From Elusimicrobia bacterium GWA2_51_34 (GTDB lineage: Bacteria; Elusimicrobiota; Elusimicrobia; Elusimicrobiales; UBA9959): 64,000 nt of DNA. Shown in pieces: positions 15,985 through 24,833 of this stretch. The stretch lies in assembly GCA_001799565.1 (NCBI GenBank), contig MGTS01000020.1, forward strand, positions 1,104 to 65,103, written 5' to 3'. How positions within the stretch are numbered: position 1 is the first letter of the stretch; every line of letters begins with the position of its first letter. Under the pieces are notes generated by a model. It was not told the DNA's origin. It ran no database searches and saw nothing but the letters and a program-made list of their open reading frames with translations. The translations under genes and the position numbers were made by a program.

Positions 15985-16318
15985 AGGAAATACGTCCCGC
16001 TTATTATAGTATAAAATTACAGTTTCACTGTAAAAGGCGATAAATTTGAATTGTTGACACACATTAAAAGAAAAACGTAGTATAAAAAATACCAAGTAGG
16101 GCGGATTACGGGGGTGACCAAAGAGGAGTTGCTTGGTTAAAGCAGGCAGTCACGAATAGGGCGCGGGCGCGCATTATATTGTTATCTGCGCAAAACAAGT
16201 ACCAGGGTAAACGGTGCGGTATTAATGAAGGAACTCAGGATAAGTTCCGGGGCCGCCTCATACCTGGCGTATAAAGGCAGGAAGATAGCAAAAGCGGAGC
16301 ATTTAAGCGTTTAAGCAA

Positions 16319-16362
16319 CGTCCCCTATGGCCGCGTCCCCTATGGCCGATCCCCTATGGCCG
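16319..16362. repeat. Tandem 14-15-mer (CGTCCCCTATGGCCG)x3
   Basis: There are two exact copies plus one 14-nt variant. It lies just downstream of the 16406-17566 gene. Confidence 0.9.
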
Positions 16363-16405
16363 AAATTGCCGGGCCTTGATAGTGTCTAAAATATTCAGAC
16401 AGGCT

Positions 16406-17566
16406 TCAGTTCCCACCTACTGCCAGCGGGGCGGTTTTTTCTTTGTCTATCCATTCGCCTGTGGAAATTTTGCTGTCGGTTCTGCGAAAGCTCCATTCAA
16501 CATAGTATTCATGCCCGGCCTCAGTGGCTTCTTTCTTGAATTCGTCCCATTTGGGGTCGGAAAGGTCCAGTAATATTTGCGGGGCGGCGCCAAGATTTAC
16601 GTCAATTTCATACACCAGCTTGTCGGGCCATAAGACTATATTCTTTAACACGCGCACACGTAATCCCAGTTTCTCTTTTATATAATACTTCGTGCGTGAA
16701 TCCCGCACATCCAATATCAGGTTTTTACCCCCGTCGGTCAGCGTCAGTGTTACCGCATCATCTTCAGGAGGCGTCAATTTAAGCTTCCGAAGTGCCGTAA
16801 CATCAAATACGGTTAAACGATTCCCGTCGGCGGTTGACCCGGCGGACGGGCGTATGTCATATTCGTAGCCGGTATCTTTGGGTTTCAGGGCCGCGGCGGC
16901 CGTGTTTCCGTAATGCAGCGCAAATAATTCTGGAGTTTCCCATGGAAGAATCGGGTAATCCGGGCGGTTGAGGAACCTTATTTTGGCGCTCTCCGGCACA
17001 TGGTTCCCGGTATATTGCTGGGAATCTATAAAGTAAAAAAGGCGGGTCCCGTCCCGTTTAGGTATGAAGAAAAAGTCCCTTTTGATATTATATTCGCGCG
17101 CTTTAAGATTGTACGTATATTCCAAGGGCGCTTCCTTTTTCCCCTGCGCGGCCTTGAAGGAGAGTTGTTCTATTGCAGGCTGCTGATAATTTATCTTGTC
17201 GCTGGGCTCGGACGAGCAGGTGGATTCGTCGGAGCGTACATAACGGAACCCGACATATGTATAAAGATCGGGGTCGGGGGAGGCGTTAAGTTTAACAGCG
17301 TCAGGCGGGCAACGCTTTATTTCCGCCTCTTTCCGCGCGATATTTCCCGGTTCCGCGTATAATTTAGCAATTTTGACCATTTGCGCGGCCGGAACCGCTG
17401 TCCCGCTTTTTGGGGACCGGGCGGCATCCAAAACATCTGAAAAATGAGCCCCTATAATTTCATCAAAGGACAATTTTTCCATATCCTGCCCCGTCGCCCC
17501 GCTTGTAGCTGGGGACGCCAGGAAGAAAACTACCGGCAAAAAAGCTGAGAATGTAGTGTGTTTCAT
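16406..17566 (-). CDS. Hypothetical secreted protein
   Basis: A 386-aa ORF with the signal-peptide-like 'MKHTTFSAFLPVVFFLASPATSGA'. Its start overlaps the upstream gene's stop by 4 nt. I recognise no family. Confidence 0.6.
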   Translation of the reverse strand: MKHTTFSAFLPVVFFLASPATSGATGQDMEKLSFDEIIGAHFSDVLDAARSPKSGTAVPAAQMVKIAKLYAEPGNIARKEAEIKRCPPDAVKLNASPDPDLYTYVGFRYVRSDESTCSSEPSDKINYQQPAIEQLSFKAAQGKKEAPLEYTYNLKAREYNIKRDFFFIPKRDGTRLFYFIDSQQYTGNHVPESAKIRFLNRPDYPILPWETPELFALHYGNTAAAALKPKDTGYEYDIRPSAGSTADGNRLTVFDVTALRKLKLTPPEDDAVTLTLTDGGKNLILDVRDSRTKYYIKEKLGLRVRVLKNIVLWPDKLVYEIDVNLGAAPQILLDLSDPKWDEFKKEATEAGHEYYVEWSFRRTDSKISTGEWIDKEKTAPLAVGGN

Positions 17567-18267
17567 TTTACATTGCCTCCATCAAAACGGTTGGAATTCG
17601 TCTGGTTAAATAACAGGTTTTTAATGATGCTCTCCGATGAGGAAACGCTTTTTGGAATGTCCGTTTCCATCAGTTTCTGCGTAATTGAATTTCTCATGGA
17701 TTTCATAGCCAGAGGATTGTTTGTCACCAATTCTTCGCCGTAAACCAGAGTAACCACCGCCACCGCTCCAAGAGGGTCCAGCGTAAAACCCGTGGCATCC
17801 ACCAGTTCGCAGGAAGAGTTAGGGTTCAAGGAGAACCCTTTTTCTTTTAATCTGGCCTCGGATATGCGCGCGACGGTGAACTTGGTTTCCGTGACTTTCT
17901 CGGAGGAAGCCGAGTCGGATCCCGACGTGGAGTCGGAATCGGACCCCGAGCCGGAGGTGCTGCAGGAGCCCGAACCGGAACAGGAGCAGGAGTCGCTGTA
18001 GTGGGCTCTTGCGTTACAGCTTGCGCGGACATCTGCCGCCGCGGAAACGAAAGCTTTGGTCTTCGCTATTCTGACTACGCTCACTACCCCGGTGTTGCCG
18101 GCGGCATCCTTCCCGCACTCAATTCTCTCAGCGCCCACCTGCTGGGTAAGGTCCAGTCGTGTAATGCGGTTCTCAAGGCTCGCGGACACGTCGGCGTCTA
18201 CGTTTACGTATGACCACGCGTTGCCGGTGAATAAAACCATCAAGCCGGTATAGAACAAATGTTTCAT
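17563..18267 (-). CDS. Hypothetical secreted protein with a Ser/Cys/Gly/Asp low-complexity tract
   Basis: It has the signal peptide 'MKHLFYTGLMVLFTGNAWS' and the tract 'SCSCSGSGSCSTSGSGSDSDSTSGSDSASS'. It appears translationally coupled to 16406-17566. Confidence 0.6.
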   Translation of the reverse strand: MKHLFYTGLMVLFTGNAWSYVNVDADVSASLENRITRLDLTQQVGAERIECGKDAAGNTGVVSVVRIAKTKAFVSAAADVRASCNARAHYSDSCSCSGSGSCSTSGSGSDSDSTSGSDSASSEKVTETKFTVARISEARLKEKGFSLNPNSSCELVDATGFTLDPLGAVAVVTLVYGEELVTNNPLAMKSMRNSITQKLMETDIPKSVSSSESIIKNLLFNQTNSNRFDGGNVK

Positions 18268-18546
18268 ACTTTTATCTCCTTTAAATTTATCAGGGCCGCT
18301 GGTATCCCAATATAGTCTAAGGGAAGAATCATGTTTTTCAAAGGGCCCTTAGCCCTGCCGCGCCGCGGGAATCCGGCCTGCATGAAAATAGGACTAAAGT
18401 CCCATGCGAATATTCCCTTGCATTCAACTTGGAAGCGCAACCAGCGGTCAAATCGCCTGAAACAGGGGTTGCGCAAAAAAACGATCCGGGCGCAGGTTGT
18501 AAAAACTCTGGCCCGGATTGTATAACGCCGTTTAATTATTTACAGG

Positions 18547-19818
18547 TTAATCTCCGCTGCCCGCCGCGTCGGGCAGCATGTTGGTTCGGGTAAGGTACGT
18601 GCCGTCGAAGATCCTGGTTTCCGTAGTGTACACGTTTCCGGAGTCGTCAACCCGCAGTGTCTGTCCCCAGCCCAGGTCAAGCCCGGATATGGGATTGTTA
18701 TTAGCGTGCACATGGCCGCCCTGCACCGTATAGAGGTTGCCGTGCGTGTCTACTGTGAAGTCGCTTACATTGCCGGTCGGCACGTTCTCTAACGGGTTGT
18801 ACCAACCGCTGCCGGCCAGCATTTTCCTGTTGCCGTTCGCGCCTTCCTCAAACACATTGCCTTTGAACTGCGTGAGTACCCTTCCGTCGGCGCTTACATT
18901 GAATTTATCCACACCGTACCTGGTTACTACCGTTTCTGTGTAGTATTCGGTATGCTCATCGCCGTCGCTGTCCGTCACGGTCCTTGAGCGCCATACCGTG
19001 TCCACATGCACTTCGGATGGCACGCGGGCGACCACCCGCGGCTTTTGGGTTGCCGGGTCCACCATCATTATGATATCTTCGGAATTTTTGGAGTACTGCG
19101 CGTACAACTTATCGTCCGCGCTGGCGCTGATCTTTATTAATGACGCATTGCTGAAGATGCTGTTACTGAACGTGGTTACATATTTGCCGTCGCGGTATAC
19201 TTTATTGGTCCAGCCTTCCTGGGTGTATAAATGGTCCTGCCCGTCCTGGCCTTTGACCACCTGCAGGTTGGAGGCGGCTTTGGTCTCTAAGACCGTTTTC
19301 CAGTCGCCCACGAATTCGCCTTTCTCGTTCCACATGTCGCCTTCCGTGTCGGGCGTGGCTTTCTGTATGGCGCGGTTGGAATCCCAGAATTTCCACCACG
19401 GAGACACTTTGGCAACGCGGTACATATTGCCGTCCGGAGAGACCACCAGGCCGTTGAGCCCTTTCTGCTTTACACCCGGTTTGTCGGACAGCAGGGACAG
19501 TAACGGAGGAGCTTTTGTCTTGGTCGCGGGGGGCTTAGCCTGTGTGGCCGCTTTAGCGGCCGGCTTGCCGGTCAAAGACATGCGCACTGCCGCGCCTTTG
19601 GCTACGCCGCCGCCGTTATGGTTGCCGTCGAAAATCCAGTCCTGCACTATTTTGTTGAATGTTGCGCCCTTATCAAGGGACAGTACTTCCACAGCATCAA
19701 TATCCGTCTTCATGGTGGCAGTGGAAACGGCTGTGGCGTTAGATCCGGCCACGAAAACTCCGGCCGCCACCATAAAACCGCACGTTCCCGAAGTGATGAT
19801 TTTCGCTATTTTTTTCAT
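18547..19818 (-). CDS. Hypothetical secreted repeat protein (possible beta-propeller)
   Basis: It has the signal peptide 'MKKIAKIITSGTCGFMVAAGVFVAG'. The 'D-G-x-hydrophobic-Y' blades recur (VSPDGNMYRV, VSADGRVLTQ, VDTHGNLYTV, VDDSGNVYTT). Confidence 0.6.
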   Translation of the reverse strand: MKKIAKIITSGTCGFMVAAGVFVAGSNATAVSTATMKTDIDAVEVLSLDKGATFNKIVQDWIFDGNHNGGGVAKGAAVRMSLTGKPAAKAATQAKPPATKTKAPPLLSLLSDKPGVKQKGLNGLVVSPDGNMYRVAKVSPWWKFWDSNRAIQKATPDTEGDMWNEKGEFVGDWKTVLETKAASNLQVVKGQDGQDHLYTQEGWTNKVYRDGKYVTTFSNSIFSNASLIKISASADDKLYAQYSKNSEDIIMMVDPATQKPRVVARVPSEVHVDTVWRSRTVTDSDGDEHTEYYTETVVTRYGVDKFNVSADGRVLTQFKGNVFEEGANGNRKMLAGSGWYNPLENVPTGNVSDFTVDTHGNLYTVQGGHVHANNNPISGLDLGWGQTLRVDDSGNVYTTETRIFDGTYLTRTNMLPDAAGSGD

Positions 19819-20112
19819 AAACAGTTTTTTCCCCTTTTACCGCCGGATTTCGCTTATATCCCTTAATAAACCGCGCTGTAACCCCCGGAGAGCTGTCCCC
19901 GGCCGCGCTTCCCGCCATTTAAAGTATAGCCCAAAAAATGCGCGGGTCACCAGAGGCGTAATGCCTATTCGCAGGTGGGAAAATGGCCCATGCGTACATA
20001 GGCCATTTGGGACTGATCTTTGTCCGCGTTGATGGACAAAGTCCTTTGACGCAACTTTTCCCTCTCCTGTCGCAAGTATTGTATTTGCTATTATTTGGGT
20101 GGAGGAGCGCGG

Positions 20113-21468
20113 ATGGAAAACACCGGCAAAATTCATTTTTCAGGCATAGGCGGGGTGGGGATGAGCGCTTTAGCCCAATTGTCGGCCATGGAGGGTAAAG
20201 CTGTTACGGGGTCCGACCGCGACTTTGACCGGGGCCGCAACCTGGAGCTTAGAACCAAACTCCAGGCCCTTGGCATTGAAATATTTCCGCAGGACGGTTC
20301 AGCTGTTTGCGCTGATACGGCTGAACTTGCGGTCTCTACCGCCATAGAGGATTCAAATCCCGAAATAACGGCGGCTAAAGCTCTTGGCGTTAAAATTTTC
20401 CATCGTTCCGAACTGCTGGCTTCCTATGTCAACCGCTTTAACACCATAGCCGTGGCCGGCACCAGCGGAAAATCAACAGTTGTGACCATGATATTTGAAA
20501 TACTTGAGTTTGCGGGCCGCCGTCCGGGTTTGATTACCGGCGGGGCGCTGATCTCGCTTATGGAGCGGGGTATGGTAGGAAACGCTTTCCGCGGCAAGTC
20601 TGATCTGCTGGTGGTGGAGGCCGACGAATCGGACGGCACCATAACCAGGTATAAGCCGAAAATCGGAGTGCTTTTAAACATCACCAAGGATCATAAAGAT
20701 CTGGAAGAATTAAAAAGTATTTTCGGCGTTTTCGCCGGCAATTGCGGGAAATTTTACGCCAATGCCGAAGATCCTTCCGCCGCCGTTCTGAACCCGAAGG
20801 CGGAACTGTTTGGCCTTAACACCGGCAAATACAAGGTTTCAGATATCAGTTTTAGCGGTTTTTCTTCTTCGTTCAGGGTGAACGGGGTTCCTTTCAAACT
20901 TCCGGCCCCGGGCCTTTATAACATAGAAAACGCTCTGGCGGCCCTTACCGTTGCCGCGGGCCTTGGGGTGGCGCTTGATAAATGCGCTTCCGCGCTTGAA
21001 AATTACAAAGGTGTGGACCGCCGTTTCCGAATAACAGGCGAAAAAAGAGGCGTAACGGTAATAGACGATTACGCGCATAACCCGGCCAAAATTTCCGCTG
21101 TATTAAAAGCCGCGCGCGCTGCCAGGGGCGGGCCTGTAATAGCCGTCTATCAGCCGCACGGCTTTACCCCGGCCAGGCATTTGAAGAATGAACTGATAGA
21201 AAGTTTTGTTTCGGGGCTGAATAAGGAAGACATTCTTGTGATGCCCGAAATTTATTATGCCGGCGGCACGGTAAGCAAAACTATTTCCTCAAAAAACCTG
21301 ACTGATGAGGTCTCCAAAAGGGGTGTAAAAGCCTTATTCTTTGAGCGCCGCGAGGATATCCCGGCCGCCCTGGTTCCGCTTGCTAAGCCGGGCGGCATAA
21401 TAATCGTAATGGGCGCCAGAGACGTCACGCTTTCTGATCTGGCGCGGGATATCTTAAAAGCGCTTTAG
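20113..21468 (+). CDS. murC: Mur ligase family protein, MurC-like (UDP-N-acetylmuramate--L-alanine ligase or an Mpl-type paralogue)
   Basis: It contains 'IHFSGIGGVGMSALAQL..VTGSD', 'AVAGTSGKSTV', 'VVEADESDGT' and 'IDDYAHNPAKI'. The ATG at 20113 follows GGAGGA. It is not inside a dcw cluster, so a paralogue is possible. Confidence 0.65.
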   Translation: MENTGKIHFSGIGGVGMSALAQLSAMEGKAVTGSDRDFDRGRNLELRTKLQALGIEIFPQDGSAVCADTAELAVSTAIEDSNPEITAAKALGVKIFHRSELLASYVNRFNTIAVAGTSGKSTVVTMIFEILEFAGRRPGLITGGALISLMERGMVGNAFRGKSDLLVVEADESDGTITRYKPKIGVLLNITKDHKDLEELKSIFGVFAGNCGKFYANAEDPSAAVLNPKAELFGLNTGKYKVSDISFSGFSSSFRVNGVPFKLPAPGLYNIENALAALTVAAGLGVALDKCASALENYKGVDRRFRITGEKRGVTVIDDYAHNPAKISAVLKAARAARGGPVIAVYQPHGFTPARHLKNELIESFVSGLNKEDILVMPEIYYAGGTVSKTISSKNLTDEVSKRGVKALFFERREDIPAALVPLAKPGGIIIVMGARDVTLSDLARDILKAL

Positions 21469-21489
21469 GGGCTGCTGAAAGCAGCCCCT
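21467..21489 (+). terminator. Stem-loop at the murC-like stop codon (no U-tract)
   Basis: AGGGGCTGC-TGAAA-GCAGCCCCT forms a 9-bp stem. No T-run follows, so terminator function is uncertain. Confidence 0.35.
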
Positions 21490-21490
21490 A

Positions 21491-21574
21491 GATTACACAG
21501 ATTGCAGGCTCAAGCGGTTCTATCGGGAAATTCTGATAAAAAATCTGTGTAATCGTTCTATAATCTGTGTAATC
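21491..21574 (+). promoter_or_regulatory. 13-bp perfect inverted repeat with a duplicated right arm bracketing a TATAAT box upstream of the MoaD-like gene
   Basis: GATTACACAGATT lies at 21491-21503. AATCTGTGTAATC lies at 21542-21554 and again at 21562-21574. TATAAT (21559-21564) sits between the two right-arm copies. The loop contains GGAAATTCTGA (21526-21536). Confidence 0.45.
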
Positions 21575-21587
21575 AAAGGTAATAAAA

Positions 21588-21866
21588 ATGGCTAAGGCGC
21601 TTGTGATGATTTACACCACGCTTAGGAAAAGGCTGGGCTTTTCAAGGGCGGAGCTTGAGGGCGCCGATGTCGGAGAGCTTATAGAAAAGCTTTGCGCCCT
21701 GAAAGAGCCCGAGGCTAGAAAAATTATTTTTGACGGCGGTGGCAGTGTGAAAAATTATTTCGTGCTTACCCTTAATTCCGAAATACTTGACAATGGCAAA
21801 GTTTCACGGGTAAAATTAAAAGACGGGGATATCCTGCATATTTTTCCGCCGGTTTCCGGAGGATAG
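21588..21866 (+). CDS. MoaD/ThiS-family ubiquitin-like sulfur-carrier protein
   Basis: A 92-aa ORF ending 'DGDILHIFPPVSGG' (C-terminal Gly-Gly), with a beta-grasp-like length. No partner E1, MoaE or ThiF gene lies nearby. Confidence 0.6.
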   Translation: MAKALVMIYTTLRKRLGFSRAELEGADVGELIEKLCALKEPEARKIIFDGGGSVKNYFVLTLNSEILDNGKVSRVKLKDGDILHIFPPVSGG

Positions 21867-21942
21867 GGGGCAGCGTATAGCGGCGAGGGTAAAAGATTAT
21901 GGAACTCCTTTCCTAACCCCTATTCTCTATCCGCTAGCCCCT
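21865..21942. repeat. Periodic-arm inverted repeat (MoaD-like / flavodiiron spacer)
   Basis: AGGGGGCAGCGTATAGCGGCGAGGGT ... AACCCCTATTCTCTATCCGCTAGCCCCT. The loop contains GGAACTCCT (21901-21909). Confidence 0.75.
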
Positions 21943-21961
21943 GTCACAAAAGGAGTTGATT

Positions 21962-23134
21962 ATGCGACCTGTCAAAATAACTGAAAATGTTTACTCCCTG
22001 CGCGTCAACCATTTCAACAGGCATCTTTTTGATTCCCTTATACCCCTGCCTGATGGCACCAGTTATAACGCTTATCTGGTAAAGGGGACCGAAAAAACAG
22101 CCCTGCTTGACAGTGTTGACCCTGAAAAGAAAGAAGTCCTTTTTGACTACCTTAAAGGCGTTGAAAAACTTGACTATATAGTCGCCCATCACGCCGAGCA
22201 GGATCATTCGGGCTCTATTTCTTTCGTGCTTGAAAAATATCCTTCAGCCAAAGTAGTGACAAACCCCAGGTGTAAAGAGTTCCTTATGAGCCACCTGGCG
22301 CTTCCCGCCGATAAATTTATAGAGGTTAAGGATGGTGAAATCCTTTCCCTCGGCGGCAAAACGCTTGAATTTGTTTACCTGCCATGGGTGCATTGGCCCG
22401 AGACTATGGGCACCTATCTGCGCGAAGACAAAATTCTGTTTTCCTGCGATTTTTTCGGGTCGCACCTGGCCGCGGGCGGGTTGTTTTCGGATGAACGGAC
22501 GGTTTACGCGCCTATGAAACGTTACTATGCCGAGATAATGATGCCGTTCCGCTCAAACATAAAGGCGCACCTTGAGAAACTGTCCAAATATGAGATTAAT
22601 GTTATCGCCCCCAGTCACGGTCCGGTGCACAAAAATGTAAAGTTCGTGCAGAGTATCTATAGTGATTGGGCCGTTGGAGAGCCGAAAAATAAGGCGCTTG
22701 TGGCCTATGTGTCAATGCACGGCAGCACTTATATCCTGGTTAACCGTCTGGTGAGCGCCCTTGAAGAGGCCGGGGTGAATGTGGAAAAGCTGAACCTGGA
22801 GCAGTTTGACGAGGGGCGCGTAGCTATGGCTCTGGTGGACGCGGCCACTGTGATTGTCGGCACGCCCACGGTGCTAGCGGGGCCGCACCCCAAGGCGGTT
22901 TACGGGGCCTGTCTTATGAACGCGCTCAGGCCTAAAGTGAAATTTATCTCCATCATCGGTTCTTACGGCTGGGGCGGCAAGGCGGTTGAAACACTGGCGG
23001 GCATGCTGACCAATATAAAGGCGGAAATAATTCCACCCGTACTGGTAAAAGGCCTGCCGAAAGAAGAGGACCTGAAGAAAATTGACGAGTTAGCTTCCAT
23101 CATAGCGCTCAGGCATAAAGGATTGGAGCTTTAA
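21962..23134 (+). CDS. Flavodiiron protein (FprA / rubredoxin:oxygen oxidoreductase family)
   Basis: It has a metallo-beta-lactamase-like N-domain with the diiron motif 'HHAEQDHSG' and a flavodoxin-like C-domain ('ALVAYVSMHGSTY'). The ATG at 21962 lies 6 nt after AGGAG. Confidence 0.8.
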   Translation: MRPVKITENVYSLRVNHFNRHLFDSLIPLPDGTSYNAYLVKGTEKTALLDSVDPEKKEVLFDYLKGVEKLDYIVAHHAEQDHSGSISFVLEKYPSAKVVTNPRCKEFLMSHLALPADKFIEVKDGEILSLGGKTLEFVYLPWVHWPETMGTYLREDKILFSCDFFGSHLAAGGLFSDERTVYAPMKRYYAEIMMPFRSNIKAHLEKLSKYEINVIAPSHGPVHKNVKFVQSIYSDWAVGEPKNKALVAYVSMHGSTYILVNRLVSALEEAGVNVEKLNLEQFDEGRVAMALVDAATVIVGTPTVLAGPHPKAVYGACLMNALRPKVKFISIIGSYGWGGKAVETLAGMLTNIKAEIIPPVLVKGLPKEEDLKKIDELASIIALRHKGLEL

Positions 23135-23160
23135 GAATTGAAGGTTCAGGATTCCGGATA

Positions 23161-23184
23161 AAAAAGCGCTTATGGCGCTTTTTT
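23161..23184 (+). terminator. Rho-independent terminator after the flavodiiron gene
   Basis: AAAAAGCGC-TTATG-GCGCTTTTTT forms a 9-bp stem followed by a T-run. Confidence 0.75.
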
Positions 23185-23194
23185 GATTTGGGCC

Positions 23195-23223
23195 TTGAAA
23201 AAAAGTGTTTCCTCTGCTAGACT
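23195..23223 (+). promoter_or_regulatory. Candidate sigma70-type promoter of the P1-P5 cluster
   Basis: TTGAAA (23195-23200), a 17-nt spacer, then TAGACT (23218-23223). It lies just after the upstream terminator and about 150 nt before the P1 ATG. Confidence 0.4.
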
Positions 23224-23369
23224 GTAATCGCGGGATATCCCTTAGCTTTCAGTTTCCGGCGCCCCGCCCTTTTGCCGACAGAGTTAAACGGAATAGGGCA
23301 AAAGAGCGGGGCGGGAGAGGTGAAAGTAAGGCATTTTTCGTTTGTGCTGTTTTCGGGGGGGAAACTGAT

Positions 23370-24644
23370 ATGGCCGAAAATGATGAGGGCAGGCAGGATG
23401 ACAACGCCAGCGGCCACCGGCACTCCGGAGGCAGAAAAAAAGCGCTTATAGTTTCTGTGCTGCTCTTCCTTCTTTTTGGCGGCGGGATTTTCCTGTTTTT
23501 CGTGATTCAGGGCGCCGACGATTTAAAAGATAATAAAACGCGGAATTTTTCCTACGGTTCCGAGGCCAGGGCCGGAGTGAGCGCTTTTATGAAGTATCTT
23601 AGTTTTACCTCGGATGAGGTCGAATTTTCGGAGGCCGCCCGGGGAAGAAACGCGGCAAGGAGGCTGGATTCTTCCGCGGCCGGCCCGACTGCGGATATTT
23701 CCGACTGGATGGATAAGGGCGGCGCGGGCACTGGTTCTTCCGGCGGTTCGGCCGCTCCCGGCTCAAGGGGCTTCGGCGTTTCCATTCCCAGAATGGCGGC
23801 GAAAGGCGCGGGCCTTGGTTCCGCCGGCGGCGCGGGCACTAAATCTTCAGCCGGGCTTTCCAGATTCGGTTCAGGCGGAGACTCCGGTAATGTTGCTGTT
23901 TCAAAAGCCGGCGATCTTGGCGCCAGGGGCCCTGGCTCTAAAAACGCCGCGCTTTCGTCATTGCGCAATTCTCAGGCCTACCTGGGCGACGCGCTTAAAA
24001 GTTCTTCCGCCATGGAGGCTAAGGCCAAATGGGGGCAAAGTTTCGGCATGGGTGATAAGGGGGGAGGGGAGGCGCTTGCCTATAGCAAGAGCAGTTTGGC
24101 TAAACTTGATGCCATAAAAAGCGGGGAAATAACCAACCTTAAAACCAATGATCTTAAATCCCTTAAAATACCAGATGTCGGCGCCCCTGAAAAAGTCAAA
24201 TCAAGCGAGGCAGAAAATGCCGCACTCGACAAAATGAAGGAGGACGCCAAGGCGGGATTGACTAATCCGATGTTCGGTTCCATGGCCGGCGCTTTAGGCG
24301 CGAATAAAGGCGGAACCGGCGCGGGTAGAAATTCCACCCCTCCGCCGGAGATCACGCAGCTTGGAAATCTTCCCAAACCTGAGGGGCAATACTGTCCAAC
24401 GGCGGAAGGATGCCGTTTGGTCCCTGACAATGGAAGCGTATTCAAGGACAATGCGCCTACCTTCCAGCAGAACCCTGCCGGCGGCTGGCAGGCCACTTAT
24501 GAGGGGCAGCAGACGGGCCCTGACGGCCGCGTTACATACTATAAGGATATCGTTCCTCTTAATCCGGGCGGTAATCCGCAGTTCGGTCCTCCTATCTCAT
24601 TTGAGGGGGCCAGTTCAAACGGCCTCATGCGGGTTGCACAGTAA
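23370..24644 (+). CDS. Cluster protein P1: N-terminally anchored Gly/Ser/Ala-rich low-complexity protein, unknown family
   Basis: 'MAENDEGRQDD..GGRKKALIVSVLLFLLFGGGIFLFFVIQG' gives a charged N-terminus followed by one TM. About 300 aa of G/S/A-rich sequence follows, then a roughly 90-aa C-terminal region with 2 Cys ('CPTAEGCRLVPDNG..'). The ATG at 23370 follows a G6 run. Confidence 0.7.
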   Translation: MAENDEGRQDDNASGHRHSGGRKKALIVSVLLFLLFGGGIFLFFVIQGADDLKDNKTRNFSYGSEARAGVSAFMKYLSFTSDEVEFSEAARGRNAARRLDSSAAGPTADISDWMDKGGAGTGSSGGSAAPGSRGFGVSIPRMAAKGAGLGSAGGAGTKSSAGLSRFGSGGDSGNVAVSKAGDLGARGPGSKNAALSSLRNSQAYLGDALKSSSAMEAKAKWGQSFGMGDKGGGEALAYSKSSLAKLDAIKSGEITNLKTNDLKSLKIPDVGAPEKVKSSEAENAALDKMKEDAKAGLTNPMFGSMAGALGANKGGTGAGRNSTPPPEITQLGNLPKPEGQYCPTAEGCRLVPDNGSVFKDNAPTFQQNPAGGWQATYEGQQTGPDGRVTYYKDIVPLNPGGNPQFGPPISFEGASSNGLMRVAQ

Positions 24645-24661
24645 AGGAAGGCGGTCTATAG

Positions 24662-24723
24662 CCCGGTGTTTAATACCCCGGTGTTTAATACCCCTTGACA
24701 AGTCAAGTGTTTTCTGCTATACC
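24662..24723 (+). promoter_or_regulatory. Tandem 15-mers plus a TTGACA-containing palindrome upstream of P2
   Basis: (CCCGGTGTTTAATAC)x2 lies at 24662-24691. The palindrome CTTGACAAGTCAAG (24693-24706) contains TTGACA, and a weak -10 TATACC follows after 17 nt. Confidence 0.3.
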
Positions 24724-24833
24724 ATAAGTGCGGTCGGTAACTTTGCCTTGAACATTTAAGTAAACTGTGTCAAGGAAAGTTTAGTGGTATTTATGCCTGC
24801 CGGGTTTAGAAGGGCCGTAAAAAGAGGGGGGTT

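Noticed and set aside
16195-16225. CAGGGTAAACGGTGCGGTA resembling the RNase P RNA GGGTGAAAGGGTGCGGTAAG region
   Set aside because: The universal GGAAAGTCCGG element and the rest of the RNase P core are absent on either strand, and the region is too short.
18998-20032. 344-aa + strand ORF overlapping the 18547..19818 minus-strand gene
   Set aside because: The minus-strand product has a clean signal peptide, internal repeats and an upstream purine-rich RBS. The + strand translation looks random (Ser/Thr/Leu/Cys-rich, no motif) and runs through the intergenic region.
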